64,000 bases of DNA from an uncultured Actinomycetota bacterium (GCA_963724535.1 CAVRVD010000011.1:43201-107200), one strand, 5' to 3'. Counted from the stretch's first letter, positions 28,447 through 37,326 are shown. Notes: generated by a model not told the origin, from the sequence alone. Translations and numbers: made by a program.

Positions 28447-29472
28447 CTACGTGGCGCGTGGTCGTCGCGTGTGGCGGGTGCGTCGGTAGGCGTCGACGGC
28501 TCTGCGGGAGCTGCGCCAGATGCCGTCGCTGCCTTGGACGGCGTCCAGACGGCCGCGGTGGGCGGCCTGGCGCAGGGCCGCCACGGTGAGGTCGGCGTCG
28601 GCCAGGGCGGCGAGGGGGACCAGGCGGGCGGGACCGGCCACGTTGGGCACGATGAACCGGTTGAGGTTGTCGAGCATGGCCCGGGCGATCAACTCTGCGA
28701 GGGGGCCGTGGTCACCGGTATCGGACCGGGCCAGGGCCGACAGGTAGGCCGGCCGCTGCTGCTTGAAGATGATCATCGGGGGATGCCCCAAGCGGACCAG
28801 GATCAGGTTGAGGACCAACCGCCCGGCGCGGCCGTTGCCGTCCAGGAACGGATGCACCCGCTCGAAGGCCCCATGCAGCAGAGCGAGTTCCTCCGGCAGG
28901 GGCGCCGGCAGAGCCTTCTCCTGACGGACGACGTCGCCCAGGCCTCGGACCTGGTCGACCCACGTGGCCATCTGCGCGGGCACGTCCGGCCAGGGCGGCG
29001 GGGTCATCCCGGCGTCGAAGGGGTGGATGTCGTGGCGGCGGAAGCTGCCCGGCGACTCCCGCTCATCGGCCTCCGGATGCGGTGCCACACCCCAGACCGG
29101 TGTCATCGCCAGGTGGTGGATCCTGCGGACCTCGTTCAGGGTGACCAGTCCGCCATCGCTCCACGCGTCCGGTTCGAGGGCTTGCCCGTACACCCACCGC
29201 GCGGCATCGGCGTAGCCGCGGACCTCCATGTACTCCCGCAGCGGCTTGGCGCCCACCGCCCGGCCCTGCTCCAGCAGCGCCTCGACCTCCCGCAACACCA
29301 GCGTGTTGCCCTCCAACGCCGTGGAGTGGTGCGCCTCCCGATGCCAGATGTCCGACCAGATCGTCTCGGACTCCTTCGGGCTGGGCAGCCCACCCAACCG
29401 GGTCCGCAGCTCCTCGATCGCGGCGTCCAGCCGCGCGTACACCGTCGCCCGGCTCGGCCGACCCCTCGCCAC
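28447..29472 (-). CDS. Fic-family protein (AMPylation/adenylyltransferase fold)
   Basis: The canonical Fic motif 'HPFLDGNGRAGR' (HxFx[DE]GNGRxxR) is read directly. 341-aa ORF with an AT-rich putative promoter immediately upstream (29473-29530). Confidence 0.8.
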   Translation of the reverse strand: MARGRPSRATVYARLDAAIEELRTRLGGLPSPKESETIWSDIWHREAHHSTALEGNTLVLREVEALLEQGRAVGAKPLREYMEVRGYADAARWVYGQALEPDAWSDGGLVTLNEVRRIHHLAMTPVWGVAPHPEADERESPGSFRRHDIHPFDAGMTPPPWPDVPAQMATWVDQVRGLGDVVRQEKALPAPLPEELALLHGAFERVHPFLDGNGRAGRLVLNLILVRLGHPPMIIFKQQRPAYLSALARSDTGDHGPLAELIARAMLDNLNRFIVPNVAGPARLVPLAALADADLTVAALRQAAHRGRLDAVQGSDGIWRSSRRAVDAYRRTRHTRRPRAT

Positions 29473-29789
29473 GGCCCCACCACCCGAAGTTGATAAGCCC
29501 TTCCGCTACCTAATTGAACTTATCAAATCCAGTCGGCGTCCAGCCGCCACGGCCATGCCTCACACCCGGACGCACCGCACAGACCCCCGGAATGCCTCCC
29601 GTGCACGCGCACCGCAACGGCTCGACGACCGCACCACCGAAAGCGCCCCGTCCAGCCGTCACCAACCGTGCCCGGCCGTCTGTGGCTGTCCACGCCAGAT
29701 CCGCGCCAAACCGAAGATCGACAAGGGACCGGCTCCGCGTCGTCGCAGGTCAACGGTCCACAGTCGACACAGGATAGTCCCGCCCTGGA

Positions 29790-29829
29790 AATCGGAAGGT
29801 CGGCGGTTCGACCCCGCCCCTGGCCGCCA
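29790..29829 (+). other. orphan tRNA 3'-end fragment (T-arm GGCGG-TTCGACC-CCGCC, acceptor 3' strand CCTGGCC, discriminator G, CCA); probable att-site remnant
   Basis: Read directly. No matching 5' acceptor strand or anticodon arm upstream, so it is not an intact tRNA. It lies about 140 bp from, and faces, the truncated integrase. Confidence 0.45.
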
Positions 29830-29966
29830 GCGAACACGGCCGCAACCCGCCGTTGACCTGCACCGACGCACCGGACTGCGCGGGGTGGACGGTGTCGTGG
29901 GTGACCTGAAGCGGGCGGTACATCAGGTCCGTACATCAACGGCCCGGCCGGCGACTCAGGCTCGGG

Positions 29967-30180
29967 CTACTTTCTTACCCTGCTCGGGTTCTCCGAGAGG
30001 TCCGGGGCCAGGAGGTGCTCGCCGAGACGGTCGAGGGCGGCTCGGCGCTGCTCGGTGGAGGCGTGCGCGTAGATCGTCATCGTGGCGTAGAGCGCGGCGT
30101 GGCCCGCGATCTCCTGCACCACGTGCGGCGGCGTCCGTTCGTTCAAACTGGTAACCAGCAGTGTTCGGAACACGTCGAGT
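29967..30180 (-). pseudogene. tyrosine recombinase/phage integrase, C-terminal fragment only
   Basis: The last 70 aa of track ORF 29967..30596 ('FRTLLVTSLNERTPPHVVQEIAGHAALYATMTIYAHAS...') match the integrase C-terminal box II 'LGHxxxxxTxxYxH' with the catalytic Tyr. The upstream 140 aa of that ORF are Arg/Pro-rich junk, so the catalytic core is missing. Confidence 0.6.
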
Positions 30181-31154
30181 GCCTCCTGACTCTCCTGATC
30201 CTCAGCAGGCATTCGGCCGGGCTGGGAACCAGAGCATGGGGGCAGTCTGTGCCATGTGGATCCTCCCTTGGACGAGGTCTTCGCTCTGCGATGGCGGCGT
30301 GCCAGTGCGGCTGGCAAACCCGTGCGCACGCCTGGGCGTGGAGAGGTCAGGCTCCGAGGCGTTCTCTTGGGTCCGAGGCGATGTGACGGCGCGAGCCGAC
30401 AGGATCTCCCCTGGGACCGCTGATGCCTGCCGCCGGCCCGACAGCCGCACGGCGAGGGGCGCCGGCCCGCCCTTGGTGGCGTCGTGGCTTGGCCGGAGCC
30501 GCCGAGCGGACGCAGTGCCGGGACGCCCCGCGCGTCTGTGGCGTTGCAGCGGATGCCTCGCTGATGCACTGGATACAACAGCAGCTGATGCATCAATCGT
30601 GCGCTGGGTGCATCGCCGTGGTGCCACTGCAGGTGACTCGGCGCGTCGCCGCAGTGTCGTCCCTTCCGCCGTGGGAGCGCGAGACCGTAACCCGTTCAAC
30701 AGCAACGGTTACGTGATCCGCCGAATACCCCCAGAGGATGCATCCGATGCAACTCTGCCCATTTGCAGCAGGGTCAGGCAGGTGTGCCGCAGGTCATGGA
30801 ATCGGACCGGTCCGTCCACCAGCGGTGCGGCTGTAGTCGCGGTGATCAGAATGGCGACTGCCGACTCCCTCTATGTGTTGGTGAGTCATCCGGTGCAGGA
30901 CAGCGAGAACGAGGTGCTCAGGCACCTCACCGTCGTCGGCGGCCCCGCCGGCCGGGGTGCGATCACCGCCGGCCGGCTCGGGCGAGGACGAGGCGCCTGG
31001 CGATGTGCGGGACCGGTGTCCACGCCGCCGTCCTAGGCGGGAACTGGCAGCCGAGCCTCCAGGTGCGGGCGAGGTCGGTGCGCAGGACGGCCTCGACCCG
31101 AGCGCTCAGTGAACCGACCCCGGCCGCACCAGGGGCTCTCAGGATCAGGATCCC

Positions 31155-32849
31155 TCACACCTCGTCCGTACCCGCCGTGCCCGGGTCCGCGCGACTCGCG
31201 GCGTCCGCCTCCGGATCGAACGGCGGTTCCTCGACGAGAGAGCCCCCGTTCTGGGCCGCGTCCGGCTCCAGGGCGTCCGTGCGGCCCAGGCCACTGAGGG
31301 CCTGGGCCGATGGGTGAGGTTCTTCCTGGGTTGCTCGTCGGATCGCGTCCTGGGCCGCCGCGAGCGGGAGGAAGCGCAGGATGGCCTCGGCGTCCTGCCC
31401 GCCGACGAACTGGGGAACGTTCATCGCGGCGAGATGCCTCAGGAAGCGGTCCATGGCGACGTGGTTCGCGCCGAGCAGCCTGAGCTCCTCCTCCAGGATG
31501 ACCGTGTCCAGCTTGCGCTTCTCGCGTTCGGTGGCGTTCTTGATCCCGTCGATCACCGCGACCTGCTCGGCCGCTCGCTTCTCGTTCTCCAGCTCGAGAT
31601 CGCGGTTCTCCCCGTGGCTGAGGATGGCCTCGCGGCGCTCGCGTTCGGCGGCCGTCGCCCGTCGCAGCTCGTCGAAGCGGGGGTCGACGATCCGGAACTC
31701 ACTCAGAGTGGTGCGGACGGCGACGACGCCCCATTCGCTGAGGGCCTGGCTGACTTGTTCCTGCAGCTCCAGGCGGACCTGGCGGTGGTTGTCGAGGAAG
31801 TCGTTCACCCGGTACTCGGCGGCGATGCCGTGCAGGTACCCGTCGACGGTGCTGCCGAGGACCCGCTCGACGAACCGGCGAACCGGCGCCGGGTCGCCTC
31901 GGCCGTCCACCGAGCGTCGCTTCTCCCCGAACCGCCGAACCAGCTTCGGGGCGGCGCTGGCCGGGATGCGGATGGTCTGGGTGATCTCGAACCGGATGGC
32001 GTAGCCCTCGACCATGACCTCCACCTCGTCGAGCGCGGCGTCGTACTGCCCGGCGGCCTTGCGGTCCCTGCTGGTCCACTCCAGGATCAGGTCCCGGGTG
32101 GGGATCGTCACGACCCGCGCGAACCAGGGGTTGATCTGATACTTCCCGCCGTGGCTCAGCGTCTCGGCCTGGACGCCACGTCGTCCGCCGCCATCGAGGA
32201 AGACCCAGGGAAGCTGGAAGTGCATGTGGCCCGGGATCCTCGGGCCGACGGCGTCCTCGTCGGCCTCGTCGTCGGCGGACAGGCCATGCAGAGCGATCAC
32301 CACACCTGTTTCGCCTTCGGGGATGGTGGCCTCCTGCAGGTCGTCTTTGTCGATGTCAACGCCGGGCACCTCGGGGGAGTGGACGGTAACAACCTGGAAC
32401 AGCTCGGGGTTGATGCTGTAGTTCCCCGGCGTGAGCACCGCGGCCTGAGAACCCATGCACCCGCCGCCGCGCAGGAAGGTCGCGCCGTCCTGGAAGTCGG
32501 AGCACTCGACATGCGGCGCCAGCGAGCTGTGCCGGGGCAACGGCCGGCCGGTCCGGGCGATCACCAGCCCGATCGTTCCCGCGGGGACGTGGGTGGTCGG
32601 GTGGAACCGCACGGATAGGAGCCACCGCGGACGTATCACGACCTGGTTGGCGTGCAGGAGTGCCGCCTGGGGCCCGGAGGCGCCGGAGACGCTGACCGTC
32701 CAGCGGGGATCGTCGTCACCACTGCGTCGTCCAGCACGTCTGACAACGACACCGACAGCGTACTCAGGCACACGCACAACGGTCGGCCAGGCGAGCACCG
32801 CGATCGCCGCCGCCAGCACCAGCACGATCACCACGAGCGCGGTCATCAC
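31155..32849 (-). CDS. SPFH/band-7 (flotillin-like) membrane protein
   Basis: 564 aa. An N-terminal TM 'ALVVIVLVLAAAIAVLAW' is followed by an SPFH-like domain and a long charged coiled-coil ('...RRATAAERERREAILSHGENRDLELENEKRAAEQVAVID...'). Confidence 0.6.
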   Translation of the reverse strand: MMTALVVIVLVLAAAIAVLAWPTVVRVPEYAVGVVVRRAGRRSGDDDPRWTVSVSGASGPQAALLHANQVVIRPRWLLSVRFHPTTHVPAGTIGLVIARTGRPLPRHSSLAPHVECSDFQDGATFLRGGGCMGSQAAVLTPGNYSINPELFQVVTVHSPEVPGVDIDKDDLQEATIPEGETGVVIALHGLSADDEADEDAVGPRIPGHMHFQLPWVFLDGGGRRGVQAETLSHGGKYQINPWFARVVTIPTRDLILEWTSRDRKAAGQYDAALDEVEVMVEGYAIRFEITQTIRIPASAAPKLVRRFGEKRRSVDGRGDPAPVRRFVERVLGSTVDGYLHGIAAEYRVNDFLDNHRQVRLELQEQVSQALSEWGVVAVRTTLSEFRIVDPRFDELRRATAAERERREAILSHGENRDLELENEKRAAEQVAVIDGIKNATEREKRKLDTVILEEELRLLGANHVAMDRFLRHLAAMNVPQFVGGQDAEAILRFLPLAAAQDAIRRATQEEPHPSAQALSGLGRTDALEPDAAQNGGSLVEEPPFDPEADAASRADPGTAGTDEV

Positions 32850-32862
32850 AGCCCCACCTCCG

Positions 32863-33852
32863 TCACCACGTCGCGCCGGCGGTCGCCCAGCGCCCGAGTC
32901 TCACATGTACGGCCATGACCGTCTCAAGCCAGTGGTCGTGCCACGTCTGACTGGTCTCGATCTGCGGGTTGCGCAGTGTCGGGAAGAAGCCGGTCGGGTA
33001 GTCCTGGCCGCCCGCGAAGTCCGGATACCGCGGTACGACGTCCCGCCGGGAGCCCCGCCAGCCCAGCGCCAGTGTCAAGTCGGAGAACGCGCGACTCGAC
33101 CCGACCCTCGTGCCGTGGGAGTGGTGGGACCACAGCTCCAGCTGGGCGGTGAAGCCGTGACGACGTGACGTTGCCTGCGACCAGGCCCGGTCGATCCCAG
33201 TGAGCAACGTGGCGGGGAGGTCGGCGCCGTCCCTGCGCCGGAGCCACCCTCTGTCAAGCCGTCCCGCGGCCTCCACGACGACGGATGTCGTGAGGATGTC
33301 GGCGTGTTCAAGGCGCCCCGCGTCCAGCGCCGCGGAAAGCTTCTCCAGGCCGACCGGTGTCGGGACTCCCTGGTGGGGGGTGCCGTGCTCGGGGTGGGGG
33401 GACGCCTTCAGGACCGACTCGGCGGTCCGCCTGCTGCGGCGCTCGTCCGACGACGCGGTGGCATCGCGGAGAGTCCGGAGCTGTCGCAGCTCGCGGGACC
33501 CGGGCAACGACCCGTCCCGGGCGTCGAAGTAGTTGCTGCTGGCGAGGAGAAAGAGCCGTTCGCCGCTGCGCAGTACCGGGAGGAACGGCCTGCCGTGCCG
33601 CTGGCCTTCGAGGATCTCGCGCTCAACCCAATCCGAGCCCTGGGCCCCGTGCGACATGATCACGATCAGCGCCAGGGACCGCTCGATCCGGGCGGCGATC
33701 TCCCGGGGGAAGGTCACACCCCAGGCCAGGCCAGCGTCCATCCAGACCGGGAGGCCGTGGTCGGTCAGGTGCTCGTGCAGGGCCGTCGCGTACTGCGTGT
33801 CGTCCCGTGAGTACGACACGAAGAACCGGGGTTCGCGGTCCATCAAGGTCAC
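32863..33852 (-). CDS. TIR-domain protein with C-terminal GUN4-like domain
   Basis: The N-terminus 'FFVSYSRDDTQYATALHEHLTDHGLPVWMD...IERSLALIVIMSHGAQGSDWVEREI' is a bacterial TIR domain, including an SxW..E-type putative catalytic Glu. The C-terminal half has 'GIDRAWSQATSRRHGFTAQLELW' and 'LALGWRG...YPTGFFPTL', which resemble the GUN4-domain core (IDxLWxxxSxGxFGFSVQ...GW...P.GHLP). 14 bp upstream of the SPFH gene. Confidence 0.55.
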   Translation of the reverse strand: MTLMDREPRFFVSYSRDDTQYATALHEHLTDHGLPVWMDAGLAWGVTFPREIAARIERSLALIVIMSHGAQGSDWVEREILEGQRHGRPFLPVLRSGERLFLLASSNYFDARDGSLPGSRELRQLRTLRDATASSDERRSRRTAESVLKASPHPEHGTPHQGVPTPVGLEKLSAALDAGRLEHADILTTSVVVEAAGRLDRGWLRRRDGADLPATLLTGIDRAWSQATSRRHGFTAQLELWSHHSHGTRVGSSRAFSDLTLALGWRGSRRDVVPRYPDFAGGQDYPTGFFPTLRNPQIETSQTWHDHWLETVMAVHVRLGRWATAGATW

Positions 33853-34321
33853 CGGTCAGCCGCCCACACTGCCCGGTTGACCTGCTGCACGCGCCCGTCG
33901 ATAGTCACCTCGGCTCCTCCCGACCTCGTCCGCCCATGAGGTAGGAGACGGCCAGCGCGTCCCTGATACAGCGTTCTGAGCGGTTGGTCGTCCGACGGCG
34001 AGGTATCGGGTGTGGTGTGGTGCCGCGACCATGGGGCGCCACCAGCCGCTCCAGCTGCGTCTGCAGGGTCGTCGACCCGGCCGGGCGGCCTCGCGATCTG
34101 CGGTGCCATCTCATCAACGCCTTGCCCCGACCGTGGTGCTCAACGGTGGCCCTGCAACGTGTCCCGTGTGCCTCAGCTTCCGTGGGGGATTCCCGCCACG
34201 GCGTCGGCCGCGGCCTACGTCGCATGGCCTTCTCACCTCCGAGGGGTGAGGCGTCGCGGGAGCTCCAGGCGCGAGAATCGGTTCATCCTTGCGCCCCGCG
34301 AACGGCAGCCATGGAGGTCAC

Positions 34322-34700
34322 ATGCCCGACGAGCCGAACATCCTCGTGATCTGGGGAGAGGACATCGGCGTCGGCAACCTCAGCTGCTACAGCGAGGGGT
34401 TGATGGGCTACCGCACGCCGAACAACGACCGGATCGCCCAGGAGAGCGCCCGGTTCGCCGACTACTACACAGAGCAGAGCTGCACGAAGGTGAGCATGCC
34501 GGGGGCTGACATCGGTCTGCAGACCGAGGACCCGACGATCGCCACCGCGCTGAAGGCCCGGGGGCACGCGACGAGGCAGTTCGGCAAGAACCACTTCGGT
34601 GATCGCGATGAGTTCCTACCGATGGCGCACGGGTTCGACGAGTTCTTCGGCAATCTCCACCGCCTCAACTCCGAAGAGGAGCGGGAGCTGCGCGCACGCA
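34322..34700 (+). pseudogene. arylsulfatase (AtsA-type), N-terminal remnant with an in-frame deletion of the active-site motif, then truncated
   Basis: '[51 protein letters not shown]' then '[12 protein letters not shown]...[31 protein letters not shown]'. The Cys/Ser-x-P-x-R formylglycine motif and about 20 flanking residues are missing, and the ORF ends after about 190 aa. Confidence 0.55.
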
Positions 34701-34939
34701 GCGGATCGAGGACACCGGTCCGCTGCCAAGAAGCGGATGGAGACCTGCGACGATCAGTTCCGGGACGCTGCGATCGACTTCATCCGACGTCAGAGCGCCG
34801 CAGAAACACCGTTCTTCGTGCGGGTCAACTCCACGCATATACACTCCCGAACGCACCGTAAGCCGGAGAGCCGTGGCCGGGTCGGCGCGTCGCGGAGCAG
34901 TCTCGACGCCCGCCAAGCCAAGCTGACAAGGAGTCTTCC

Positions 34940-35317
34940 ATGCCGCTGTTCGATCTCTTCTGGAGCATGTTGTGGTTCTTCCTGTTCGTCGCCTGGATCT
35001 GGTTGCTGATCTCGGTCTTCGGCGACATCTTCCGTAGCGACATGTCGGGCGGCGCAAAGGCCGGCTGGACGGTCTTCGTCGTCATCCTCCCGTGGTTGGG
35101 CGTCGTGATCTACCTGATCGCCCACGGCGGCACGATGAACGAGCGGTCGGCTCGTCAGGCTGCCGCGATTGCGCAGGCGCAGCACGACTACATCAGGTCG
35201 GTGGCCGGTGGCGGGACATCCTCCGCCGACGAGCTGGCCAAGCTGGCCGAACTCAAGAGCCGCGGTGTCATCAGCGACCGGGAGTTCGAGTCGCAGAAGG
35301 CCAAGATCCTGTCATGA
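34940..35317 (+). CDS. PLDc_N (phospholipase-D-nuclease N-terminal) + SHOCT domain membrane protein
   Basis: A two-TM N-terminus ('WFFLFVAWIWLLISVFGDIFRSDMSGGAKAGWTVFVVILPWLGVVIYLI') followed by the C-terminal 'ELAKLAELKSRGVISDREFESQKAKIL' SHOCT motif. Confidence 0.65.
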   Translation: MPLFDLFWSMLWFFLFVAWIWLLISVFGDIFRSDMSGGAKAGWTVFVVILPWLGVVIYLIAHGGTMNERSARQAAAIAQAQHDYIRSVAGGGTSSADELAKLAELKSRGVISDREFESQKAKILS

Positions 35318-36702
35318 GATCCACGGAGAAGGCGGCGGGCGACGAAGCGGCCGCGGGCCGGTCCAAGCGAGCGAACGTCCCGCGCTGGAGTCACGGCGAG
35401 TGGGCGCCGCCGGCGGACCGCCCTGACCCGGTGAAGATCATCGAGGAGCAGAACGCCGATCGGGTCTCGAGGCTGGTACCTCTGCGCCGGGGCCGGATGT
35501 CGGTCTCCCCGTTCACCTTCTACCGGGGAGGAGCGGCGGTCATGGCCTCGGACCTGGCAGGCACGCCGACCGCAGGCCTGACCGTGCAGCTGTGCGGTGA
35601 CGCCCATCTGGCGAACTTCGGCGTGTACGGGTCGCCGGAACGGGAACTGGTATTCGACGTGAACGACTTCGACGAGACGCTCCCCGGTCCGTTCGAATGG
35701 GATGTCAAGCGCCTCGCCGCCAGCTTCACCATCGCGGCGCAGCATCGTGGCTTCGACACCGACTCGCAACGAAACCTGGCCGAGTCCGTGACCAGGGCAT
35801 ACCGGCTTGCCATGCACCACTTCGCCGGCCGGGGGTGGCTCGCGACATGGTACGACCGTGTTTCCCAACAGGACCTCGTGGAGTGGGTCACGGCCCAGGG
35901 CGGGTCCAAGAAGCAGATCAAGACGATCAAGAAGGGCGCGACAAAGGCGATGTCGAGGGACAGTCTGCAGGCTGCCGTCAAGCTCCTCGAACCCGCCGGG
36001 CGCGGGCATTACCGGTTCAAGAGCAGCCCGCCAGTCCTCGTCCCGCTCCGAGAGCTACCCCTGGCACAGGAGTCCGACGACGCCCAGGCTGAGGTCGACC
36101 AGTTCTTCGATCTCTACCGCGACAGCCTGGACGAGAGCACGCGGTGGCTGTTCGACCGCTACCGCCTCGAAGACGTCGCCATGAAGGTGGTGGGCGTCGG
36201 CAGCGTCGGCACCCGCTGCTGGATCGGTCTGTTCCTGGGGCGCCAGCCCGGAGACGTTCTCCTCCTTCAGGTGAAGGAGGCGACCGCATCGGTGCTGGAA
36301 CGCCATCTGCCCGACAGCCGATTCCGGCTGCACGGCCGGCGGGTGGTCGAGGGACAGCGGCTCATGCAGTCTTCCAGCGACATCTTCCTCGGGTGGAGCA
36401 CGTCGGTGAGGCACAGGCACTTCTACTGCCGCCAGCTCAAGGACTGGAAGGGCTCGGTCAACCTCGAGACCGCTCGGCGTGAAGGGTTCGAGCGATACGC
36501 CGAAGTCTGCGGGTACACCCTGGCCCGATCGCATGCCGTCAGTGGTGACCCCGCCGCCATTGCCGGCTATCTCGGCAAGGGCACCGTCTTCGACACCGCC
36601 ATCGGCGAGTTCTCCATGCGCTACGCCGACCAGAACCTGGCCGACTACAACGCCTTCACCGGGGCGATCGCCGACGGCCTGCCTGTCGAGACCGAGACAT
36701 AG
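35314..36702 (+). CDS. DUF2252 domain-containing protein
   Basis: 462 aa from an ATG overlapping the upstream stop (ATGA). 'RMSVSPFTFYRGGAAVMASDLAGTPTAGLTVQLCGDAHLANFGVYGSPERELVFDVNDFDETLPGPFEWDVKRLAAS' fits my memory of the DUF2252 N-terminal block. Confidence 0.55.
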   Translation: MRSTEKAAGDEAAAGRSKRANVPRWSHGEWAPPADRPDPVKIIEEQNADRVSRLVPLRRGRMSVSPFTFYRGGAAVMASDLAGTPTAGLTVQLCGDAHLANFGVYGSPERELVFDVNDFDETLPGPFEWDVKRLAASFTIAAQHRGFDTDSQRNLAESVTRAYRLAMHHFAGRGWLATWYDRVSQQDLVEWVTAQGGSKKQIKTIKKGATKAMSRDSLQAAVKLLEPAGRGHYRFKSSPPVLVPLRELPLAQESDDAQAEVDQFFDLYRDSLDESTRWLFDRYRLEDVAMKVVGVGSVGTRCWIGLFLGRQPGDVLLLQVKEATASVLERHLPDSRFRLHGRRVVEGQRLMQSSSDIFLGWSTSVRHRHFYCRQLKDWKGSVNLETARREGFERYAEVCGYTLARSHAVSGDPAAIAGYLGKGTVFDTAIGEFSMRYADQNLADYNAFTGAIADGLPVETET

Positions 36703-36816
36703 GCATTCGAGAATGCTCATCTGTCCATTCGCAACCCGGTAGTCGTGAGCCCGGTGCGAGCGGCGTACTGTCCGACCGCTGCCCGATGCCCAGGAGGAAG
36801 AGGCCGGACGTGAGGA

Positions 36817-37326
36817 TCACCCGTCCGGGGTGAGACGCCGGGAACCGGAAGGTGGGCGAGGTAGCCAGTCGTAGATGACCTCGGTCCGCAGCAGAACATC
36901 GTGCAGCGAGCGGTTCTTCGAGCTTGCGGCACACCACAGCAGCCCGATCGGAAAGGCAGCGCACAGCAGGGCGCGGATCAAGGCCCGAGGAGGCCGCAGC
37001 CGTCGGCCCTCGTGGTTGACCACGCGCAAGGCCATCACCTGGCAGCCATAGGTCCGCCCGCTGATCGACCACGCAGCGGTGAGGTAGACGACGACCACCA
37101 CGAATCCCGCGCCCAGGCTCAACCACAGCGAGGTCTCAGGGAACTCGAACGTGCGCGGGTCGATGATGAACACCACGACGGCGAACGTCGCGTACCCGAT
37201 CACAAGGGTCGCTCCCACGACCAGGGCGTCGATCACCGAGGCGATGAAGCGCGTCACCACACCCGCCCGGCGACCCTGGTACGGCCGTGCCTCGCGTGGG
37301 ATCGGCGAGACGCCGTCCCCCGTCAT
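36817..37326 (-). CDS. RDD-family membrane protein
   Basis: 'YQGRRAGVVTRFIASVIDALVVGATLVIGY' (the RDD motif region) and three TM segments. Confidence 0.55.
   Translation of the reverse strand: MTGDGVSPIPREARPYQGRRAGVVTRFIASVIDALVVGATLVIGYATFAVVVFIIDPRTFEFPETSLWLSLGAGFVVVVVYLTAAWSISGRTYGCQVMALRVVNHEGRRLRPPRALIRALLCAAFPIGLLWCAASSKNRSLHDVLLRTEVIYDWLPRPPSGSRRLTPDG

Larger units (their letters stand above)
25040..30200. mobile_element. decayed integrated element / genomic-islet remnant adjacent to tRNA-Lys
   Basis: Begins directly 3' of tRNA-Lys. Carries an AbiE toxin-antitoxin module with an inactivated toxin, a regulator fragment, fic, a tRNA 3'-end fragment and a truncated tyrosine-integrase C-terminus. 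It has AT-richer pockets and about 2 kb with no credible genes. Confidence 0.45.

Noticed and set aside
29741-29829. tmRNA (ssrA) 3' end as an explanation for the tRNA-like T-arm/CCA fragment
   Set aside because: No upstream tag-peptide reading frame or pseudoknot-like structure and no 5' acceptor partner. It is adjacent to an integrase fragment, so an att remnant is more parsimonious.
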